A DNA stretch of 64,000 bases from the NCBI GenBank assembly GCA_905178155.1, contig CAJINV010000013.1:3034158-3098157 (forward strand), read 5' to 3'. This DNA comes from Amoebophrya sp. A120. Its lineage: Eukaryota > Protista > Dinoflagellata. Position numbers and translations under genes: made by a program. The notes under the pieces are model-generated. The model was not told the DNA's origin. It saw nothing but the letters and a program-made list of their open reading frames with translations, and ran no database searches. Positions 50,792 through 59,802 of the stretch are shown piece by piece; position 1 is the first letter of the stretch; every line of letters starts with the position of its first letter.

Positions 50792-52235
50792 TGAACTTCG
50801 TAACCGACGCGAGATATCCAAGCGACTGTCTTTGCTTGGTAGGCCGCAGGAAACGCCGACGGCGACGACCCCACTCCGCGGCCTGGGACGCGCCCGAGGA
50901 ACGACGTGCAGGGGGCCGGGTGGTTGTTGGGAGTCTGCCAAAAGTGCGAACCCCGGCCGCTGGTGACGACGAAGGCCCGGCGATCGCCATCGCAGCCGGC
51001 CCGCATATGCAGCGCGGACGGCTTTGGCTGTGCAGCGCCGGCCCGCGCACGCAGCGGGCCCGGGGGCTTCGCCGGTTGACATCCGCGGGGCGCCTTTGGG
51101 CTGGTGTGCCAGCCTTTGGGCTTTCGGCCACCGGCCGGCCTCTTTTGCGCTCGCCCGCCCCGGCCTTGGGGGGGGGGGGCGGGGAGAAAAGGGGCAGCGG
51201 TCTCCCGCGCAGCCTGCTTGGTTCCCCGTGCGGTTGGCGAGCTCAAAACCCCGCAGCCGGGCTGCCAAATACACCCACCAACAGCGCGACGGACTGACTT
51301 GGGAGCAGCCGCCAAGCGCCCTGCTGCTTTTGCGAAGTTGCGCCCTGCGAGGAGATCTGCCCGCCCGCTTACGAGCCCGGACGGCCAGACGTGCCGTTGC
51401 CCCCCCGGCAACCAAGCGCCTGCAGCCGTCCCGCGGGCAATTTCCGCCGGCGGACGTTCGGGGCCCGCCGAACGACTGGGCCAGCGTGCTGGCGGAGCTG
51501 ATACAGCAGGCGCGCAGCAACGCGCACGCATTGGGTGGCCATTCTGGTGGAAAGGGAAGCGGCCGCGGTCGGCAAGCGGATCCCGTGTGGAAAAGGGGCC
51601 CGCGGCCGTTGTGCGGGCAGCAAGCCCAGGAAGAGTGTCCCGGAGAGCCGCACGGTGATCCAGCGAGCTGCGTCATTCGGCCGGGCGTGCCACGCCGCTG
51701 CCTGCCGCAGCCACCGGCGCAAACTTCGGAGCCTGGCGCATGGCTTTCGTGGCGGTCGAAGGCGGTCCGGTGCGCCGGATTGGGCCACTACGATACGGAT
51801 AACGGCGCGGGGTTTGGCGGCGTTGGGATGTTTGGGGCTAAGTGGTTGGCCCGCCGCGAGCGACGCAGGAACGCGCGCGGGCAGTTGGGCGCCTGGCGTG
51901 TCGCATTGCTTGGCTGTGTCCTCGCCAAGTCGCTGCCGCGGGACGGCGCTCGCCTTTTGTTCCAGCGGGCTGGCCAGACGTTATGGAGGAGCATCACAGA
52001 CCGACGGGGCGCCCGGCGGGTGGTTTCCAAGGCCCCCGGCGCCGTTTCATCGGGCCCAGCTAGCGCTCGGCCGCGGCCGGCGACAGCCCGTGGCTGCATG
52101 CGAAGCAGCCAGTGCCGCCAGCAGCTCGGGCGTACGCCCGCTAAGTTTATGCACCAAGGTACCGGCAGCGTTGCCGTCACCGGGCGGGACGGCTCCGACC
52201 GTCGTATCCGGCGCTCTGTTGCGAGCTCGTGAACT
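50792..52235 (+). mobile_element. GC-rich island; probable decayed Ty3/gypsy-type pol (integrase) fragment
   Basis: About 70% GC with sharp edges; frameshifted remnants RIGWPFWWKG (FWW at 51542), GAPD..TDNGAGF (51795), GQLGAWRVALL..LAK and GRTPAKFM (52128) in integrase order; flanking direct repeat tgaact. Confidence 0.6.
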
Positions 52236-52478
52236 CAGCTGCGGCTCCCTTTTGACACAGCGGGCCTGGGTCATGGCTCCGTAAGTAGCGTGCTTCGCTT
52301 TACGTGTTGTACGTCATCGTGTTCGGTGTTTTTCTGTTTCCGAGTCAATGGGAGAGTGAGGCAGACAAGTTGTGCACCTCGGGAGATCGGTGAGTGAGAG
52401 CTACAATATCTGAAAACAAGGCTAAGAGTAGAGCGCGCGGTCTTCAGGGTTTATTTTTCCGCAAGCAACCTCGTCAAG

Positions 52479-53674
52479 ATGGCGGCTCCTTCTATGGCTT
52501 TCCCGCTTCTGTTCTTCCACTTCAACCGGAACAAGGTTTGGCACCGCGACAAGCGGCTGACCCGCGAGGAATTACAACAGTTCCCCGAGATCTGGACGAC
52601 TTGGGAGAGGCGTTGCTACCGCCAATTCCTCGACGAGGCCAAAGACTGGAACGCCAGCAAAAAAGATCAGCAGCCCAAAGTGCACATCCACTACAACAAA
52701 AACAAAGGCTCCTCCAGTTCTTCCTCCACTTCCAACATCGGGCGAGATAGCGAAAGCACCGAGCTGGGCGAGATGGAGCTGAAGCAGCAGCAGCTGCAGA
52801 AGATTTTTCCGCAAGAACACATCTACCACACTTTGCAAGAAGACGTGAAGAAGTGCCGAAAACGGATGCACTCCAATATCCTGAGTAAAAACGTACCCAC
52901 ACCAGAGTCAAGTTGGGGAATCAGCTAGACAAATCCACAAGTTTTGGCTGTTTTGCATGACAAATTTGGATTCGTAGTGTAGTGCTGCTTGAGCTAGCTA
53001 GACAGCATCACAGATCTAGCATACCATGCTGATTGGAGCATGACAAATTGCAAAACACGACTAGAAAATGCTTCTCATGGGGCTCCGCATGAGAAACATT
53101 TTCAGCATGCAGATTTGCATTACAACTCTGGTGTGGGTACGTTTTTACTCAGGATATCCAACGCGACACTGGAGTCCGCGCACGAGTGTCACTACCGGAT
53201 CAAGGAGCTGATATTACAATGAAAAATGCCCCCACCCCCGAACTTGAAAGCATTTGTATTGCAAATCTTTCCAAATGAAACATTCGCCCTCTTGCTTGTA
53301 TCAGCATCACAGATTTCCGATCGTGAATAGCAAAAATTTGCATTGCAAAAGATCCCAGCAAGAGCGGTGCTTGTCATGCAAGCGATGCGAAACACGACTA
53401 GAATCTGCATCAGAAAGATTCTTACTCCTTTCATGCATTACAAAAAGCTTTCATTTGGAAACTTCGCATCACAAATTGTTGCAATTTCAGGGGTGGGGGG
53501 CATTTTTCACTCTGATAGCTGACGGACGTATGTCTGTACGCCGGGGTGCACTTCGCAGACAGCGCCGCACCGGTGTTCGACGATACTGAGTTCCACAGGA
53601 TAGCGGCGACGGCCTTCCAAAGGTTGGAGGAAGGGAGGGGAAGGCATGAGATCATGGGGGTAAGGGGGAAGTAG
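52479..53674 (+). CDS. Hypothetical protein, two introners
   Basis: ORF 52479, micro-exon 53162-53211 and exon from 53523 join as RMHSNATLESAHECHYRIKELTDVCLYAG. Confidence 0.7.
52877..53156. mobile_element. Introner, family C
   Basis: Perfect TIR tatcctgagtaaaaacgtacccacaccagagt; TSD tccaa. Confidence 0.95.
53212..53517. mobile_element. Introner, family D
   Basis: TIR tattacaatgaaaaatgcccccacccc / ggggtggggggcatttttcactctgata; TSD gctga. Confidence 0.93.
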
Positions 53675-54126
53675 TAAGTACTTACTACAATTCGCTGATG
53701 AAGAGAGTGAAGACCTCGCTTATTTCTTCTATCCTGGATGCGAGTTGCATTCGTATTCGTTCTCCTTTGCACGCACATGCATGTTCGGCGTCTGATGCGC
53801 ATACAATTATAGCCACTGCGCTTTGTAAGTAGACTGAGCAGCGTGCGTCTCTGCTAAATGTGCAGTTCTTGATGCCCACTTCTTTGAATTGCAGTGCCTC
53901 GGTCCTGTTCAAGTGCGTGGTAGATTTAAGTTGAGAGAGGGATGGGAAACAAGATCCAAGAGAAGATAGTTAAAGCTTCTGATGCGATCTTGCCGGTGAT
54001 TGTCAGTCTGTAAGGTGCGCTGGCTTGAGAGAACGCACGCGGCGGCCCGGAGAGCGATGTTGAATGTGGGGACCTGATATATATAATCTTGTTCTTGCGC
54101 GGCTGTTGTACCAAGAGCAACACAGA

Positions 54127-57100
54127 ATGAAAGTCGTTGGGAGCAGCGACGCCACTGCAGCATCATCTGCATCGTCCTCCCCCGCTGTTGAGAGTAGGAG
54201 CCGCGGAGTTTTTACTCGTCGCGTGACTACCGCAGCCCCTCTGCAGACCGCAGCAACGGCCGTTGCCCCCTGTGCAAAGCAGTTTCGCGTCCTTTTGTTA
54301 CACGACACTGCTCGTCGTTCCTGCTGCTGTGAAGCAAGGATAGAAGGAGCAGCCAAGAGAAAAGAACCGCCGAACGTGAAGACCACTACGCCAGCGCTCG
54401 AGAAGTCACGAGCCAAAACTCGCTGGAAGCAGCGCTGGAAACAAGGTGGTGGGACGTCGAGTCGTCTTGAGACCTGTGTCCATTTATGCAGGAAGAATCT
54501 ACTCTTTCGCGCAGCGCCCGCGATATGTTGTCTTCTCTGGAACTACATCAACTTTTTCTTCCTTTTGTCCTTCGCGAAGATCGAAAGCAAAAACAACACT
54601 CCGGTGGAGAAGAAGGTCACCGTGAAAGAGACCGTTTTTGACTCTCCGATAGATCGCATGGAGTGGTGCGGGGACGACAACGAAGTGGTGCTGATTTTAA
54701 CCCGGAGGGGCAGACTCCATCGCTCTTCAGACGGCGGCGTTCGATGGGACGACATCACCGCGCAGCTCGGCGACGCGAACGACAACTCGTTCGACTCTTT
54801 CTTGGTCTCGCCGGCGGATAAAAGGGTATAAGTAAGGACCACGTATCACCAGTACAATAGACGACTATCACTTGATGTTGAGACCTATGTCTCCGACCGT
54901 ATAGATACTTGCGTTTCATCATCCCAGGCCAGGGAGCCTCCCCTTGGTTGTGAGTGCATGTAAAAATTTTCGCCCTAGGTAGTCGCGCAAAACAAAAAAG
55001 TGCACTGCTTAAGTTGAACTTGCCTCACGATTTCATACACAGTATCTCGTCGCCGTGGGTACTTCCAAATCCCATTTCGTGTCTTCCGACGCTGGCAGAT
55101 CGTGGCGGAAGTTGAAGCAAAAGGCAACGATCCACACCTTCGTGTTCCACCCAACCAAAGGGCAATGGGCTCTCCTCTCTAGTTGGACGGACAGTTGCAA
55201 CGATAGCGCCGCAGAAAAGCGGACCAGCGCCGGGAGCAAGGCGGAAAAGGCGCTCAGCGGACGGGGGGGAAGTCAACAGCCGTGTGTGCATAACTTGTTC
55301 GTCACCAAAGACCTCGGTATTTTATATTCGATTGATGCGTGCACAAGCGGTCTTTCTTTTCACTGTACGTAGTAGAAGAGTGGTAGTAAGTACCATGATA
55401 TCCTTGCCGGAGTCAGCACTAGGACTAAAATGGAAGGCAGCACGACCAGGCAGCGCAATTCGTTCTTTCGTTCAAACAAACTCCTCCAGGCGTTACCTTC
55501 ACCCTCGTGAGTTCCTACGTGGTTCAATTCGCTTGGGGCGAAGTAGAATCCGCAGCCTCGACATCAACTTCGCAGCCACAAGGCGGAACGTCCGCAAGCT
55601 CCCCCCAGCAACTCCCTCCTTCCGGAAAGGAAAACCTCATTTACTTCTCCCATTTCAACCAAAAATCCGGCAACCAGCCGAAATTGCTCGCCTGGTCGCT
55701 CGGGGTCGACTTCTGCGTCACCGAGGACTTCGGCAGGAATTACCAGACCCTCGTCCCCGCCGGGAATAAGTTTGGCATCTTCACCGGGTACATTTTCGTC
55801 GCGAAACTGGACAACGCGGCCACGCAGAACGTCGCACTGATGGTGTCCACTGATGACGGAAAAAGTTTCGGTCGGGCGAAGATCGGCGAGCAATTGGAGG
55901 AGTATCAAGTGTAAAAATGTCTGGGTCTGGAAGATTCTGACACTTGTCATGCACGTTTTGCATGAGCCCTGATGTCTGTGATGCATACCCTAGCAATACA
56001 GTTTTTTTGAGGGCTTCTTGATGCGTATTCCGCATGACAAATGCCTTCTCCGCGTAGCAGAAATTACATTCCTTTTGGTACTCATGCAATACAGATTTTT
56101 TTGGAATCCAAATGCAGCATCACAAGTTGCATTCTTCCAGACCCAGACATTTTTACATTTGATAAGGAGAAGTCGTACACAATTCTCGACACGTCCGAGG
56201 GCGCGGTTGTGCTCCACGTCCACCTATCAAATGTAAAAATGTCTGGGTCTGGAAGAATGCAAGATTTGTGATGCAGTTTTTCCATGACCCGTAACCCCTG
56301 GAATGCAGCACCTAGCATGACAAACGCTGCGAGGCGTCTATCATGCCTATTCTGCATGAGAAACTCCCTGTCAAACTGTTCAAAAGTGGACATCTTTTGG
56401 CAATCATGCAACACAAATTTTTGCATGCTTCAGATTCAGCATGACAAGTTGCATTCTTCCAGACCCAGACATTTTTACAGTTGATACCACCACGGCCACA
56501 TCGGCGACACGGACGTGGGTCACGTGTACATTTCTGATGCGAAGGGGCTGCGATACACCAAGTCCCTCTCCGCCAACGTGCGGAGTAACGATGGTACGTG
56601 TGACTTCGACAAGGTGGGCGGTATCGACGGGATCTACATGGCAAATCAGGTGGACACGGACGAGTTGTATGGGAACGACAACGCCGAGGACTTGCGGGAA
56701 GACGTCGCCGACGCGGAAGAGGAAATCGCCAACAAAAATATCGCGGGAGGTGCGGGACCCAGTGCGATGAAAAAGGGGAAGAGCGAATCCAGGGTGCGGA
56801 CGGTCATATCCTTTGATAAGGGAGGCACCTGGAGCGTCATTGCGCCGCCGGAGTTTGATAGTTTGGGTACAAGAACTTCTACGCATAGATAGTTAGGTCC
56901 TTTCAGATAATTACCCTGTTTTCGCTTTTTGTTTTTTCTGTTCAGTGTTCGCAAAGACTTACCGGCTCTTCTTGTCATGGTAGATGTAGGCTGCGGATGA
57001 ATTTGTACCACGCCTAAAATTTATATCAAGGTCAACGCGTCGACGCCTGTGACCAGCTCCGAATACAACAATCGTCCACTTCCTCCCCACAATCCTGCAG

Positions 57101-59036
57101 TCTGCATCTCCACGGCACCACGAGTGCGCTGATGGGGACGAATTTTGCGCCCTTCTACTCCATGCCCTCCGCGGCCGGGATTATTCTCGGCACGGGTAAC
57201 GTGGGCCCCTACCTGCGGTACGAAGACGCGAACACCTTCATTTCCATCGACGGCGGGCTCACCTGGATCGAAGCGCACAAAAAACCCTACATCTACGAGA
57301 TCGGAGACCACGGGGGGCTGATCGTGATGGCCCCCAGTACGAAGAAAACCCGGGAGGTCATTTTTAGCTGGAACGAGGGGACCAGTTGGTTTGAGTTCGA
57401 GATGGCAAAAAGCCGGATTGAGGTGGACAACATCGTGACGGCGCCGAATTCCGTGACCACATCGTTTCTGGTGCACGGAGCGCGGGGGACGTCAGGGGTG
57501 GTGTACCACATGGACTTCGCCGCTCTGGGTACTAGTTGAAAGGGTTTTTTCTTGCTGAAAATCGACGCTTGCTTCTTCGATAATGCAAACACTAACTGAG
57601 TTGTGCCAACATCAAGAAGTCCTGAGTGCGCAACAAGTTTGTCATATTACACAGCAGGACATGGTCCATTTCTGACATTCATTCTGGTTTACTACCAAGG
57701 TATGCCGACCTGCGTCAACCCTTTCGGCGCTGGCACTGTGGCGAGCGACTACTACAAGTGGAGCCCGAGCGATAACGGCGGTGCGGCTGCGACTGCCGCG
57801 ACGACCCAACAGAGCCAGAACAACCCGAAGAAATGTTTGCTAGGAAAGCAAGTCATCATCACCCGGCGGAAGCCGACCTCGGAGTGCTTCAACGGGGAAA
57901 AGTTCGAAAGACCCGTTTTTCAGAAGAACTGCGAGTGCAGCCAAGTGAACTTCCAGTGCGAAATGGGGTTTCAAAGGGCGGTGATGAAAAACAGCTATGG
58001 AGGAGGTGGGCAGGGCGGTTATAACCCTGCTGGCGGGCCGCAGGTGGCTGAGTGTCTTTTAGAGGATCCGGAGCTCGCTGCGCCGGACGACTGTGAAAGT
58101 GGCAGGGTAATAACGCTGGACGCGTATAGGAAAACGCCGGGGGATACCTGTGAGGGAGGCTGGTAATGATAATGTTTCTAAGTAGGCTTGTTTCACTAGC
58201 AGTGCGAATACTTAATAGGATAAGCAACCACGACGCAACACACTGACTATGCCTGCACGATGTACGGCAAGAAATACAAAGCAGTACGTTGAGACTGGTT
58301 CTGGTCTTTATCATGACTCCGAAATAAAAAAGCTCCAACCCTTAAATAAACTAACAGGAAACCTGCCCCCGTCCAGATGACGTGTCCTAGCGGGAAGTCG
58401 TGGCTCTCGTTCACCACTCTGTTCCAGCTTTTCCTCTTCTGCACCGTCCTCTACTGCGCCTACCACTACCTACCCCCCGAATTCGTCTTTTTCCTGACCG
58501 ATAAGTGCCACACGGTTTTCCAAGTCCTGCAGGTGATTCGGCACGGAAACCAGCACAAGTTTGGCGGTATCACAACATTCAACGACGTCAAATACGGCAA
58601 CATCCAGCTGGACCAGCTCCCCGAGTCCGCGGCCGAGTCGGTCGGCACCCGGTGGGATTACGAGGGCACGATCGACGACGATTTCCTGGCCGACCCAACG
58701 GGGAACTCCCCCATGGAAGACGCCCCGACACTGATGCACTTCGACGCGCCGAAAGTAACGGAGGATATCCTAAACGGCGCGGAGCCGGTCCGGATCAGTC
58801 GCGGCTTAACGAGCGCCGCGACCTCGGTGCCGCGGTTAGATGCCCCGTTGGGGATGAGTAGTGCTGGAGGTGGAGCAGGTGGGGCATCACTGCAGCCGGG
58901 TTCTTTTGGAGCTGTGACCGCATCAACTGCTATATCCGCGGGTTTGAACAGCAGTAGTGGCTTCAATGCAAACGACGAAGACATCTTCAAAAGCGGCTCC
59001 TCCAGTCTAGGGGGCACTTTTGACGATTTGTTGTGA
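54127..59036 (+). CDS. Sortilin/VPS10-domain sorting receptor; start uncertain
   Basis: BNR/Asp-box repeats (RSSDGGVRW, SSDAGRSW, STDDGKSF, ISFDKGGTW, ISIDGGLTW, SWNEGTSW), YTILDTSEGAVVLHV, CSLHLHG, Cys-rich 10CC region (CLLGKQ..RRKP..ECFNG..CEC..FQCEMGF..YRKTPGDTCEGG), TM helix, acidic dileucine tail FDDLL. Confidence 0.92.
55903..56164. mobile_element. Introner, family A
   Basis: Family A TIRs; TSD aggag; removal gives QLEEKSYTILD. Confidence 0.94.
56225..56486. mobile_element. Introner, family A
   Basis: Family A TIRs; TSD ccacc; removal gives LHVHHGHIGD. Confidence 0.94.
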
Positions 59037-59802
59037 GCAGGAGAGGCTTGCGCTCATTTCTGTGTTGAACAAGAAGTAGAAACACAACTAACTTATTTAG
59101 CTGCTTATAGCTTTATTTTAGTCCTCTAATTAGTTTTTGCTGGTGCTAATTTGATGTTTTTGTCACTGAGATACTGAGAATGCAAAAATGTCGCATGTGA
59201 TTACTTGATTTCAGGAAATGAGAGAGCCCCTGGCGTGCCACTTTTCCCGTCTGGGCACGAAAAAGAGGCCCTTTACAACATGGTAATTTTGCAATTTTCG
59301 CATGCACTTTTGGTTGCGCTTTTCGTTTTCCATGTATGACTCGAACAAGGAATGAAAATTCAGCACAAGATTCTTGATGTAAGTGGGAGGCGTTATTGTG
59401 GCAGGTATAAATAAAAACCCGCAGAGTTGTTTGTTCCTCGCGTCATCATTCCTACTTTTGTTGAAAGTCGTGTAATCTGCAAGAACGTGCTCAAAGTCGC
59501 CCCCCAAAGAAAAACCGGAATCATTCAAAAACGCACCAGGTTGTTGAGGGTGTGCTGCTGCCAAGGACGAAATCGAAAGCCAAATTTATTGATAAGACAC
59601 TGCTTCGTCATGTTTCTTCGTCAAGCAGCTGGCTGCCTGGACCGGACCTTCCAAAGTTTGCTACAGTGCTTTTATCAGATCAAAGCAATTTTCAAAGAAG
59701 ATGAAGATTTCGTTCACCAGCTGGAATTTACGCTTTAGGATTTTGCTGAATGAACATCAATCTGACCAAAATCACCTAGTTATTTCACTACCTGTTGCCA
59801 AA

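Noticed and set aside
50620-52284. Long overlapping ORFs (300-400 aa) on both strands as real genes
   Set aside because: Stop-codon depletion from high GC; Ala/Arg/Gly/Pro-rich, with informative motifs scattered across frames.
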